Positions 42,974 to 52,462 of a stretch of 64,000 nt of DNA are shown one piece after another; within the stretch, counting starts at the first letter, position 1, and each line of letters starts with the position of its first letter. The translations under genes and the position numbers were made by a program. The DNA is taken from the NCBI GenBank assembly GCA_025782395.1, contig JALGZD010000211.1:2111-66110 (forward strand). The letters are read 5' to 3'. The notes below the pieces were generated by a model that was given only the letters and a program-made list of their open reading frames with translations, ran no database searches and was not told the origin of the DNA. Source of the DNA: a bacterium. GTDB taxonomy: Bacteria > Joyebacterota > Joyebacteria > Joyebacterales > Joyebacteraceae.

Positions 42974-43939
42974 TTGACCGAAGCCAGAGAAACAGACTCA
43001 GGGGACATGAAGGGCCGGCCGCTGGACTTCATCTTCCTGCTCCGACCGGCCGTTATGGTGCCACTCTGGCTTTTCCTTGTGCACGGCGCCCGCCTTGCTT
43101 CCAGACCGGAGAGCCTCTGGTCTCCTACTCTGCTGCCGAGCTTGAGAACCACCCTCGCGCTTGTCTCGATGAGCTGCATGCTGGGTGGAGCGTACATACT
43201 GAACCAGATCGCCGACATCGAGAGCGACAGACTCAACGACAAGCTCTTTCTGCTCCCGCGTGGGATCATTTCTGTGCGTGCGGCTCGGCTCGAACTGGTC
43301 GTGGTCTGGATTCTCGCGCTCGTTGCGGCCTTCGCCTTGCCCGTTCGCTTCGCCGTCGTCCTTGCCGCCTCACTGCTCCTATCGCTGACCTATTCAAACA
43401 GACCGGTGCGCGCCAAGGCGAGAGCACCGCTGGATCTCTTGTGGAACGCGATTGGTTTCGGCGCCCTGGGGGCAGCGGGAGGCTGGACGGCGGCCGGGGC
43501 GACCCTCGGGGCACACGCACTTCCGGCTCTCTCGTATGTGCTCGCGGTTGCCGGCATAACCGCATCCACCACAATCCCGGATCTGGAGGGCGACGAGGCG
43601 ACAGGGCTGTCAACGACCGTCTCTCTGTTGGGGAAAAACGCCACGAGTCTCCTGGCGTTGATCCTTCTCACCTCGGCTGCAATCGCAGGCATGATCGCTC
43701 GTGAACCCGTGGCCGTTTTCGGCTCGCTCCTTTCGCTTCCCGGGCTTGCGCGCGCCCACGCGTCGGGTCGTCGGGAAGACCGGACTTCCGCAAATCAGAT
43801 AGCCGTCATCGTGTTTGCGCTCCTCGTCTGCATCTGGTCCCCATACCTCCTGGTGATGCTCGGCGCTGTCTTCGGGGCCTCGCGCGTGTACTACCGTAGG
43901 CGTTTCGGGATCAGCTATCCGGGACCGGGCACTCCCTGA
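42974..43939 (+). CDS. UbiA-family prenyltransferase
   Basis: NQIADIESD.LN and IPDLEGD Asp-rich motifs, YS..P.R.K, polytopic. Confidence 0.85.
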   Translation: MTEARETDSGDMKGRPLDFIFLLRPAVMVPLWLFLVHGARLASRPESLWSPTLLPSLRTTLALVSMSCMLGGAYILNQIADIESDRLNDKLFLLPRGIISVRAARLELVVVWILALVAAFALPVRFAVVLAASLLLSLTYSNRPVRAKARAPLDLLWNAIGFGALGAAGGWTAAGATLGAHALPALSYVLAVAGITASTTIPDLEGDEATGLSTTVSLLGKNATSLLALILLTSAAIAGMIAREPVAVFGSLLSLPGLARAHASGRREDRTSANQIAVIVFALLVCIWSPYLLVMLGAVFGASRVYYRRRFGISYPGPGTP

Positions 43940-43996
43940 CTTCCCCGGCGCGCTAGCGCTATCTTGCCTGAGGGGCTTTTCTGAGGGGCTTTTCGG

Positions 43997-44026
43997 TTGA
44001 CAGCGCTCCGGCGGCCTCCGTATCCT
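43997..44026 (+). promoter_or_regulatory. Putative sigma70 promoter for K+ uptake genes
   Basis: TTGACA-N18-TATCCT. Confidence 0.55.
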
Positions 44027-44063
44027 CGGCACATTCGAGAAGGCTGCCGGAGGAGATCGGTCC

Positions 44064-45815
44064 GTGGATAGGGAACGCATCACAAACAGGCTGTCGCGCG
44101 TCATGTTGGCAGTTGCCGGAGTGGCCGCGGTCTCACTCATCGCGGAATACGGGTTCTACCTGAACCCTTCCCAATTTCGTGTTCTCCATCTCATAGACAT
44201 CGCCGTTGTGGGCCTGTTCCTGATGGACGCCGTCGTGAGGTTCTCCCTCGCGCGCCGCAAGATAGCGTTTCTTCGCGCACGCTGGCCCGGGCTTGTGATA
44301 ATTGTGCTCATAGCTGCTCAGATCGCCCTCGTAGCTATGCTTCGGGGAAAAGGGTGGCTGGCGCCGTTCCTCGAGGTGAGGAGCGTGTTCTCGCTGGCGA
44401 AGGGTTACATCATCGTTCTCCAGGGCTACCTGGTTGTCCTGATCGTCGGCGAAATGGTGAGGCTCAATCGGCGACTGGCCTCCTATCGAATCAAGCCGGC
44501 GAGAACCGTGATCTTCTCCTTCCTGTTCATTATCCTGGTCGGCGCACTGTTGCTTTCTACACCGAGGGCTACCCCAGAGGGTGGGATCCCGGTCGTGGAC
44601 GCGCTCTTCACGGCGACATCATCGGTCTGCGTGACCGGTCTTGTCGTTCGTGACACAGGGCGTGACTTCACGCGGCTCGGGCAGGGGGTGATCCTCGGGC
44701 TCATACAGATTGGGGGACTTGGTCTCATCACCTTGACCGCGTTTTTTGCGATCGTCATGAGACGTGGCCTCGGTGTGCGCGAGAGCCTCGTGCTGCGTGG
44801 GATGATGACATTCGAAGCCATCGGGCGAATCGGCCGCACGCTCAGGTACATGATCGCCATCACCTTCTTCCTCGAGGTTCTTGGTGCAGTCTTGCTCTAT
44901 GCGTTGGGGGGGCGGTCGGGCGGCACGATTGGAGACAGGCTTTTCACATCTGTCTTTCATTCCATATCGGCCTTCTGCAATGCCGGTTTCTCTCTCTTCT
45001 CGACAAGCTTCGAGCGCTACGCGGGCGACATTCCCGTCAATCTCGTGATGACGTCGCTCATCATCATCGGTGGCCTGGGTTTTCCAGTTATCATGAACGC
45101 TTTCGGGCGGCGGCCTCTGGTAGCGGGACGCCGGTCCACGACGTCGAGGTGGTCGCTGCACACCAAGCTCGTTGTCCTCATGACGGTCTCGCTCCTGGTG
45201 CTTGGGACCGTCGGCTTCCTTGCCTTGGAAAGCGACGGCATTCTCGCCGGGAAACCGCTCGGGGAGAAGCTCCTGGCCTCCTACTTCGCATCTGTGACCG
45301 CAAGAACCGCCGGTTTCAACACTGTCAGAACCGCCTGGCTCGGTCTTCCGACCCTGTTCCTTCTGGCCGGGCTCATGTTCATCGGTGGATCGCCCGGTGG
45401 GACTGCGGGTGGCGTCAAAACATCGACATTCGGCGTGGTTTTCGCCTCGATGGCGTCGATGTTCGGTGGTAAGGGTAGAGTAGAACTCTTCAAGAGGAGG
45501 ATACCCGACAGGATCGTTCGCGAGGCTCTGGTCGTGGTTGCGATGGGGATAATGGTCGTCAGCTGCGGGACCTTTGTGCTCGTGATCTTCGAGGATTTGA
45601 CTTTGAGGGAGGTTCTGTTTGAAGTAGTCTCGGCGTTCGGAACGGTCGGGCTGTCTATGGGAATCACGCCAGGCCTTTCTGTGGCGGCCAAGCTTACCCT
45701 GATGATGATAATGCTGACCGGTCGAATCGGTCCCTTGACACTTGCGCTGGCCATCGGGCAGAGACAGGTGCAAAGCCTGTACGATTACCCTGAGGGACGG
45801 GTCGTCATCGGGTAG
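44064..45815 (+). CDS. Ktr/Trk K+ uptake membrane subunit (KtrB/TrkH family) with extra N-terminal helices
   Basis: DALFTATS.VCVTGL, FHSISAFCNAGF, RTAGF, FIGGSPG.T.GG.K, SAFGTVGLS.G. Confidence 0.93.
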   Translation: MDRERITNRLSRVMLAVAGVAAVSLIAEYGFYLNPSQFRVLHLIDIAVVGLFLMDAVVRFSLARRKIAFLRARWPGLVIIVLIAAQIALVAMLRGKGWLAPFLEVRSVFSLAKGYIIVLQGYLVVLIVGEMVRLNRRLASYRIKPARTVIFSFLFIILVGALLLSTPRATPEGGIPVVDALFTATSSVCVTGLVVRDTGRDFTRLGQGVILGLIQIGGLGLITLTAFFAIVMRRGLGVRESLVLRGMMTFEAIGRIGRTLRYMIAITFFLEVLGAVLLYALGGRSGGTIGDRLFTSVFHSISAFCNAGFSLFSTSFERYAGDIPVNLVMTSLIIIGGLGFPVIMNAFGRRPLVAGRRSTTSRWSLHTKLVVLMTVSLLVLGTVGFLALESDGILAGKPLGEKLLASYFASVTARTAGFNTVRTAWLGLPTLFLLAGLMFIGGSPGGTAGGVKTSTFGVVFASMASMFGGKGRVELFKRRIPDRIVREALVVVAMGIMVVSCGTFVLVIFEDLTLREVLFEVVSAFGTVGLSMGITPGLSVAAKLTLMMIMLTGRIGPLTLALAIGQRQVQSLYDYPEGRVVIG

Positions 45816-45847
45816 CGGCGTATCCTGTGGCGTCCGTGGAGGTAACC

Positions 45848-46522
45848 ATGAAGAGATTTGCGGTGATAGGCCTTGGGCTTCTCGGTCGCACCGTAGCACG
45901 GGATCTGGCGGGTCGAGGAGTTGAGGTGATCGCTATCGATCGCGATCAGGAACTCGTTCAGGCGATTGCGGATGAGGTCACGCTGGCGGTCCGCCTGGAT
46001 TCCACAAACCGGGAAGCACTGTTGCGGCAAGGGGTGGACAAGGTGGACGCGGCGCTCGTCGCCATAGGGGAAAACTTCCAGGCAGCAGTGCTTACTACGG
46101 CCATCCTCAAGGAATTCGGGATTGAGCGCGTGATCTCACGCGCCGTCACGGAGGAGGAAGCTCGGATTCTCAAGCTTGTGAATGCGGACGAGGTAGTCCT
46201 CGTTGAGGAGCTCGTGGCGCGCAAGCTCGCCCAGGGGATGACGACGCCGAGCTTGGTCGATATGGTCAAGTTGTCGCCCGGTATCAGTCTTGCCAAGATC
46301 ACGGCGGCGCAGGAGATGTGGGGAAAGACGCTGGCGTCGCTGAGATTCCGGCAGCGGTACAGGCTGAACGTCGTTGCCGTGATCAAGCCGGAGGGCGTGG
46401 ACCGGGGGAGTCCGGAGACGCTTCTGCTCGATCCGGAGGCGGTTATCAACGAGGGGGATGTCCTTCTCGTGAACGGTCCGGATGAGGCCATCGAGCGACT
46501 GGCAGCCAGTGACACCGACTAG
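45848..46522 (+). CDS. Ktr/Trk RCK regulatory subunit (KtrA/TrkA family)
   Basis: FAVIGLG..G Rossmann motif, TrkA_C-like C-terminus. Confidence 0.9.
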   Translation: MKRFAVIGLGLLGRTVARDLAGRGVEVIAIDRDQELVQAIADEVTLAVRLDSTNREALLRQGVDKVDAALVAIGENFQAAVLTTAILKEFGIERVISRAVTEEEARILKLVNADEVVLVEELVARKLAQGMTTPSLVDMVKLSPGISLAKITAAQEMWGKTLASLRFRQRYRLNVVAVIKPEGVDRGSPETLLLDPEAVINEGDVLLVNGPDEAIERLAASDTD

Positions 46523-46574
46523 GACAGGCAGCATCAGCAGAAGGCGACAGCGCTTGGATTCATCCGGAGGTTAG

Positions 46575-47870
46575 ATGAGGCAGCGTTACTACATTGAGGA
46601 TATCGGCGAGTATGTGAACTGTGAGGTCACGCTCGAGGGTTGGCTCACCGGCAAGCGGTCGAGCGGCAAGATACTCTTCCTCCAGTTCCGCGACGGGACC
46701 GGATTCATTCAGTGTGTGGCGAGCAAGACAGACGTTGGAGACGAAGCGTTTGCGTCAGCGGACGGCCTGACTGTGGAATCGTCCCTCATAGTGACCGGAG
46801 TGGTCAAAGAGGACAGGCGCGCTCCTGGAGGCTACGAGCTTTCTGTGACAGGATTCAAAGCCGTGCAGGTTGCGGAGGAGTACCCGATCGGTCGCAAGGA
46901 GCACGGGGACGCTTTCCTTCTCGATCACCGCCACCTCTGGATACGCTCCTCACGACAGTTCGCGATCCTGCGAATCAGGGCGACCGTGATATCGGCAGCG
47001 CGCGACTATTTCGACTCTCGTGGCTACACAATGCTCGACACGCCGATCCTGACTCCCGCGGCGTGCGAGGGAACCACAACGCTCTTTGCGACCGACTATT
47101 TCGGCGAGAGCGCTTACCTCACGCAGAGCGGGCAGCTCTACAACGAGGCGACGGCGATGGCGTTTGGGAAGGTCTACTGTTTCGGGCCGGCGCTCCGGGC
47201 CGAGAAGAGCAAGACCAGGCGTCATCTGACTGAATTCTGGCAGATAGAGCCGGAGATTGCGTACGCCGATCTGGGCGACATCATGGACGTCCAGGAAGAG
47301 CTGCTATCGGAGATTGTGGCTCGGGTTCTGAAGGACCGGGCGCGCGAACTTGGGATGCTGAAACGTGATACTGCCGTGCTGGCGCGTGTCCAGGCGCCGT
47401 TTCCGCGCGTGACCTATACGGAAATGGTGGATCTTCTCAGCAAGAACGGCGTTGAGTTCGAGTGGGGGAACGACTTCGGCGCGGATCACGAGACCGTGAT
47501 GTCGCGGACTTTCGACCGTCCATTCATGGTGACGCATTTCCCGAAGAGCGTGAAGCCGTTCTACATGGAGATCGACCCCGACGATGAGCGCCTGACGCTA
47601 TCTGTCGATATGCTTGCGCCGGAGGGCTACGGTGAGATCGTCGGCGGAGGGCAGCGGGTCACCGATCTCGCCACGCTCGAACGGTCTATCGATGAGGGAG
47701 CCCTGCCGCGGGCCGACTACGAGTGGTACGTAGACTTGAGGCGTTTTGGCTCAGTGCCGCACGCTGGTTTCGGTCTTGGCATTGAACGGGTGGTCGCCTG
47801 GATATGTGGAATCCACCACCTGCGCGAGACGATTCCGTTCCCGCGCATGCTCAACCGGCTTCGCCCATAG
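46575..47870 (+). CDS. asnS: Asparagine--tRNA ligase
   Basis: R.SGKI.F...[57 protein letters not shown]. Confidence 0.93.
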   Translation: MRQRYYIEDIGEYVNCEVTLEGWLTGKRSSGKILFLQFRDGTGFIQCVASKTDVGDEAFASADGLTVESSLIVTGVVKEDRRAPGGYELSVTGFKAVQVAEEYPIGRKEHGDAFLLDHRHLWIRSSRQFAILRIRATVISAARDYFDSRGYTMLDTPILTPAACEGTTTLFATDYFGESAYLTQSGQLYNEATAMAFGKVYCFGPALRAEKSKTRRHLTEFWQIEPEIAYADLGDIMDVQEELLSEIVARVLKDRARELGMLKRDTAVLARVQAPFPRVTYTEMVDLLSKNGVEFEWGNDFGADHETVMSRTFDRPFMVTHFPKSVKPFYMEIDPDDERLTLSVDMLAPEGYGEIVGGGQRVTDLATLERSIDEGALPRADYEWYVDLRRFGSVPHAGFGLGIERVVAWICGIHHLRETIPFPRMLNRLRP

Positions 47871-47973
47871 CGGCTGCATTCCCCGTAGAGGCGCGTCCCG
47901 TGTTCATGCGCGAAACGCCGCGTCGGCCCTTTGCGCCGCTACCTGCGATCGAAGACCGACGTTTCCGTCATAG

Positions 47974-49428
47974 CTAGCAGTCGAAGAACAGGTCGTACTC
48001 GAACGGGTGAGGCCTCGTGCGGACTTCTTCGGCCTCGCGCCTCTTCAGGTCTATCCAGACTGAGATGAAGTCCTTGGGGAAGATGCCGCTTTCGGTGAGG
48101 AACGCGGAGTCGCGCTCCAGATCGTCGAGTGCCTCCTCGAGTCGTGAAGGGAGCGGGACTATCTTGTTTCGCTCGCTTAGTGGGAGCGAGCTCAGATTGA
48201 CGTCGAATGGGCCGAACCCGTTGTCACGGGGATCGTGGCGCCTCTCCATGCCGTCGAGACCGGCAGCCAGGAGGGCGGCCATGGTGAGATAGGGGTTCCC
48301 TGTGGCGTCGGAGGGGCGGAACTCCACGGTCTTGGAGTCGGGCGTGGTCGCGTATGCCGGGATGCGAATGGCCGCGCTTCTGTTTGCCGCCGAGAAAAAG
48401 AGGTTTGTGGGAGCCTCGAATCCCGGGCGCAAACGCCGGTAGGAGTTCGTGCTCGGGTTGGTGATGGCGGCAAGCGCACGGCCATGATCCAGGATGCCAC
48501 CGATGAAGTAGAGAGCCTTCTCGGAGAGACCCGCGTAACCGGACTCGTCATGAAAGAGCGGACGTCCGTCACGCGTCAGCTTGACGTGGAAATGCATGCC
48601 GCTTCCGCTCTCGGTGGCGAGCGGTTTGGGCATGAACGTGGCCGCCTTGCCCCACTGAGAGGCCGTGTTGCGGACGATGTACTTGGCCAGCATCAGATGG
48701 TCCGCGGCCTCGATGAGCGACTCCGGGAGGACCTCGATCTCCACCTGGCCGGGGGCGCCGTTCTCATGGTGGTGGTACTTGACAGGGATGCCTGCCTTCT
48801 GCATGTGTAGCGTCATCTCGTTTCTGAGATCGAAGCTCATGTCGGACGGCGGAACCACGTGATAACCACAGCCCCGACGGATGCGGTAGCCGGGTTGCTC
48901 ATCGAGTTCCGGGTGCGTCCACGCAGCTTCATCTGAGAAGACCTCGTAGTGAGCTCCGCTCGGTCCCTCAGCATACGAAACTCTGGAGAACAGATAAAAC
49001 TCAAGCTCGGGGCTCCAGAGGCTCACATCGGCGTGGCCGGATGCGGCAAGTACTTCTTCCGCCTTGGCTGCGATGATCCGCGGGTCCCGCGAGAACGGGC
49101 TGCGCGAGTCGGCCTCCGCTGCCGTGGCAACAAGCACGGCCGTCGGATGATCTGCGAACGGATCGATGCTCGCAGTCGTGAAATCAGGGAGGAGCACCAT
49201 GTCTCCCCGCTCGACGGTCTTGAAGCCCGCCACGCTCGAACCGTCGAAACCTACCCCGGATGTGAAAAGCTCCGATCGGACAGAGCTCAAGGGAAGAGTG
49301 ACGTGGTGCCAGCGCCCCGGGAGATCGGTGAACCTGAGATCGAGGAAGGCAACGGGTGAGTCCTCAAGAATCTTCAGCAACTCCTCCGGGTTTCCGGACT
49401 CTCTGAGCTTACGGGTGAGTTCACTCAC
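47974..49428 (-). CDS. glnA: Glutamine synthetase type I
   Basis: DLRFTDL.G, FDGSS, HHHE, ATFMPKP, GSGMH.H, NSYRRL.PGFEAP, NRSAAIRIP; GTG start after GGAGAG. Confidence 0.96.
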   Translation of the reverse strand: MSELTRKLRESGNPEELLKILEDSPVAFLDLRFTDLPGRWHHVTLPLSSVRSELFTSGVGFDGSSVAGFKTVERGDMVLLPDFTTASIDPFADHPTAVLVATAAEADSRSPFSRDPRIIAAKAEEVLAASGHADVSLWSPELEFYLFSRVSYAEGPSGAHYEVFSDEAAWTHPELDEQPGYRIRRGCGYHVVPPSDMSFDLRNEMTLHMQKAGIPVKYHHHENGAPGQVEIEVLPESLIEAADHLMLAKYIVRNTASQWGKAATFMPKPLATESGSGMHFHVKLTRDGRPLFHDESGYAGLSEKALYFIGGILDHGRALAAITNPSTNSYRRLRPGFEAPTNLFFSAANRSAAIRIPAYATTPDSKTVEFRPSDATGNPYLTMAALLAAGLDGMERRHDPRDNGFGPFDVNLSSLPLSERNKIVPLPSRLEEALDDLERDSAFLTESGIFPKDFISVWIDLKRREAEEVRTRPHPFEYDLFFDC

Positions 49429-49518
49429 TGCGGTCTCTCCGATGTTGCGTGGACTGTTTGGGAACAAGAGGGCGTGGCTCAATGAGCCGCGCCCTCGAAG
49501 CAGCTAACTACCAACAAT

Positions 49519-49547
49519 ATTATACCCGGAAACGCGGGGTGGGTCAA
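49519..49547 (-). promoter_or_regulatory. sigma70 promoter for glnA
   Basis: Minus strand TTGACC-N17-TATAAT. Confidence 0.75.
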
Positions 49548-49622
49548 TCTCCAGCAGGAGGAGCGTTCTTCCTCACCATGGGGTCGGGGTGGGCCTTTCC
49601 GGGCTCATTTGGCAGAAGCAGC

Positions 49623-49652
49623 TTGACACTTCGATTCCTGGACGGTTAGATT
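49623..49652 (+). promoter_or_regulatory. Putative sigma70 promoter for the cyclophilin/TPR genes (divergent from glnA)
   Basis: TTGACA-N18-TAGATT. Confidence 0.55.
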
Positions 49653-49706
49653 GGAGTCAGAAAATGGGTGATTATGCGTACCAGAGTGTAGAAGAGGGGG
49701 GATCGA

Positions 49707-50429
49707 ATGTTCCACGCGAGAAGAGTGCTTGGGCTTGCGGTGTTGACGGTGATTCTGCTGGCGGCAAACGGGTGTTCGACGACGGCGGATGGAGAGGATC
49801 AGCCGGGCATCAGCGCTCGGCAAGAGGTAGTGCAAAAGGATGCGCCGATCCAGGAGAGTGCGCATGAGGAGGCTGAGCTGGTGACTGCTACCCTGACTTA
49901 CTTCGATGAGAGCGGAGTCCAGAAGACAATGAAGGTGCCATACCTCCCGGCAGGGCAGAAGATCGCGACGATCGAGACCAGCAAGGGAACGATGAAAGTC
50001 GCCCTCTGGGAGGACAAGGCGCCGAACACAGTGATCAATTTCGCTCATCTCGCAAACAGCGGTCGCTACGACGGCGTGGAATTCCACCGAGTGATAGCAG
50101 GGTTCATGGCACAGACGGGTGACGTTGAGCATAAGGGTGGCTTTGGAGGACCGGGGTACTCCATACCTGCCGAGTTTGACGACAGCCTGACACATGTTCG
50201 GGGCGTTGTCTCGATGGCGCGATCTACTGATCCTGATTCCGCCGGCAGCCAGTTCTTCATCATGCTGGCGGCGGCACCGCACCTCGATGGGAAATACACG
50301 GCGTTCGGCGAGGTCATCGAAGGCCTTGACGTGATCGATGAGATCAAGAAGGGCACCGGCGGTAACGGTGCGCTGGACGATCCCGACACAATCATCAGGC
50401 TGCGCGTCGAAAGCGTAACTGCGGAGTAG
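49707..50429 (+). CDS. Cyclophilin-type peptidyl-prolyl isomerase, lipoprotein
   Basis: Lipobox ANGC; AP.TV.NF, FHRVI.GFMAQ.GD, SMAR..PDSAGSQFFI, HLDGKYT.FG.V. Confidence 0.95.
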   Translation: MFHARRVLGLAVLTVILLAANGCSTTADGEDQPGISARQEVVQKDAPIQESAHEEAELVTATLTYFDESGVQKTMKVPYLPAGQKIATIETSKGTMKVALWEDKAPNTVINFAHLANSGRYDGVEFHRVIAGFMAQTGDVEHKGGFGGPGYSIPAEFDDSLTHVRGVVSMARSTDPDSAGSQFFIMLAAAPHLDGKYTAFGEVIEGLDVIDEIKKGTGGNGALDDPDTIIRLRVESVTAE

Positions 50430-50469
50430 CTACAGCGCCGCCTCCGGCGGTAGCGTGGAGGTCGTCTTG

Positions 50470-51114
50470 ATGATGCGTTTCGCATGTGTGCTGGTTTTCG
50501 CGTTCGCGATAGCTGTTCTGCCCGGCGTCTCCTCCGAAGCAGACGTGATTTCGGATGCCGGAGGAGCTGAGAGTCCGGAGGATGTTCTTCTCAGAATAGG
50601 TGAGCTTACGGGTCGCATCGCGGACAACCCAAAGGATGTCGAGCTTCTGATCGAACTGGGCAACATCTACTACGAGATGAACATGCTTGACGACGCGCTC
50701 GCGACATACATCACGGTGACGGAGATAGACTCGACGCATGCGGGCGCCAGATTGAATCTCGGGACGCTGTACACGGATATGGGCGAGCTCGGAGAGGCTG
50801 TTCACGAACTCGAGCTGGCCCTTGGGTTAGATCCCGAGAATCCCATGATCGTGACAAACCTTGGTAGCGCATACTACGGTCAGCGACGCTATTCCGACGC
50901 GGTCGACATGTACCGTGTCGCGCTTCACATGGATCCTGACAACGTGGAAGCGCACTTCAACCTGGGTGTCGCCTTCGCGGACGGGCAGGTTTTCGATGAG
51001 GCTGTTCGGGAGTGGGAGAAGGTAATAGAGTTGTCTCCCGGAAGTGCGGCAGCCAACATCTGCAAAGAGAATATCCTGATGATCAACGAGTTCCGCGGCG
51101 ACGGGAAACCGTAG
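50470..51114 (+). CDS. Exported TPR-repeat protein
   Basis: Signal peptide; repeated NLG..Y...G...EA...Y..AL..DP helical pattern. Confidence 0.85.
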   Translation: MMRFACVLVFAFAIAVLPGVSSEADVISDAGGAESPEDVLLRIGELTGRIADNPKDVELLIELGNIYYEMNMLDDALATYITVTEIDSTHAGARLNLGTLYTDMGELGEAVHELELALGLDPENPMIVTNLGSAYYGQRRYSDAVDMYRVALHMDPDNVEAHFNLGVAFADGQVFDEAVREWEKVIELSPGSAAANICKENILMINEFRGDGKP

Positions 51115-51153
51115 GCCGGCTGAGTCTTCCTGCGGACCGTGCTGAGAGGGGCA

Positions 51154-52332
51154 ATGATGACAAAGAAACCCATGGTTGTTCGTCTGTTGGTTCTTCTTGT
51201 CGTGGGTTCTGTCTGTCTGGCTCTGGGCGGCTGTATGACCCCGGCGCCGACAACGGACGAGGTCACGATCACCATTGAAGGATCGGGGGGGGCATCTTCT
51301 CCGCAGGCCGCTGTGACACCGGCTGAGAAGGCGTACCACAGTGCTACGGAGTTCTATCGGGTGCGCGAGCTCGGTAAAGCGATTGAGAACTTCGAGAGGG
51401 CGAGGGAACTCGACCCGGGCTATGTGGAGCCTCTCTACGGACTCGGACGCATCTACCTTGTCGACACGCAGGAATTCGAGAAGGCACTGGAGATGTATGA
51501 ACTTGCTCGGGATCTGGCTCTCGACGACCCGTACTCTCATTCATCTTTGGCCTACGCGTACTTCGTGATGGGTAGGTATCAGGAGTCGGTCGATACGTAC
51601 GTCGAAGCAGTGCAGCTGAATCCCGACGATGCCGACGCGTTTCTCAACCTGGGATACGCATACGAGAAGATGCAGATGCACCTGGGAGCGATAGAGGCCT
51701 ATCGCCGCGCTCAGGAACTGATGCCCGACGATACTCGCGCGTCGCAGTCACTGGCCCACCTCTACTACAGGGCGGGAATCTACGACCAGGCGATAGCGGC
51801 TTACGAGAAGGTCCGGATCCGAGGATCGGCCAGCGCGTACACGCTTTCGACGCTGGGCTTCCTCTACATGAAGATCGGCAATCTGGACAGGGCGGAAACC
51901 CTGTTCCTGGCCGTTCTTCAGCAAACGCCCGGAGACGTCACGGCCAGGGCCAACCTCGCCGGCGTGTACAGAGACAAGGGTGATTACGGGAAGACTGTGG
52001 AGCAGTACGAGCTCCTGCTCCAGGAGCGGCCGGACGATGTGTCGTACCTTCTTGCTCTTGCCGACGCGTACAACGAGGCAGGCCAATACGCCTCTGCGAT
52101 CATCACTGCGAAGCATGTACTTGGACTGAGAGCCGGGTCCGGCAGTGCGTACATCGCGTGGGCGAAGGCCCTCGAGAAGCAGGGGAACTACGAGGGTGCG
52201 ATCGCAAAGCTCGAACAGGCGAAGAGCGATCCAGAGTGGCGAAGCCACGCGATCCTGGAGATCGAGCGTCAGCACCAGCTGATCGAGATCAGGGAGCAAA
52301 AAGAGGCCCGCGACCGCTGGAACCAGGGCTAG
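51154..52332 (+). CDS. TPR-repeat lipoprotein
   Basis: Lipobox LGGC; many tandem TPR motifs. Confidence 0.85.
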   Translation: MMTKKPMVVRLLVLLVVGSVCLALGGCMTPAPTTDEVTITIEGSGGASSPQAAVTPAEKAYHSATEFYRVRELGKAIENFERARELDPGYVEPLYGLGRIYLVDTQEFEKALEMYELARDLALDDPYSHSSLAYAYFVMGRYQESVDTYVEAVQLNPDDADAFLNLGYAYEKMQMHLGAIEAYRRAQELMPDDTRASQSLAHLYYRAGIYDQAIAAYEKVRIRGSASAYTLSTLGFLYMKIGNLDRAETLFLAVLQQTPGDVTARANLAGVYRDKGDYGKTVEQYELLLQERPDDVSYLLALADAYNEAGQYASAIITAKHVLGLRAGSGSAYIAWAKALEKQGNYEGAIAKLEQAKSDPEWRSHAILEIERQHQLIEIREQKEARDRWNQG

Positions 52333-52462
52333 CAGATCAGTGGAGTTCGGGGAGTCCACCGGAGCTACGGTGTCCCGAGCGAGGAGATCTGAGAGGCAAC
52401 ATCGGCCGGTCCGGAAGCGGGCTGGCCACTCTCTCGGGGAACAAAGACCCCGGAGGTGCGCG

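Noticed and set aside
43940-44063. c-di-AMP riboswitch upstream of the Ktr genes
   Set aside because: The putative promoter sits under 40 nt from the start codon, leaving no room, and no ydaO consensus is seen
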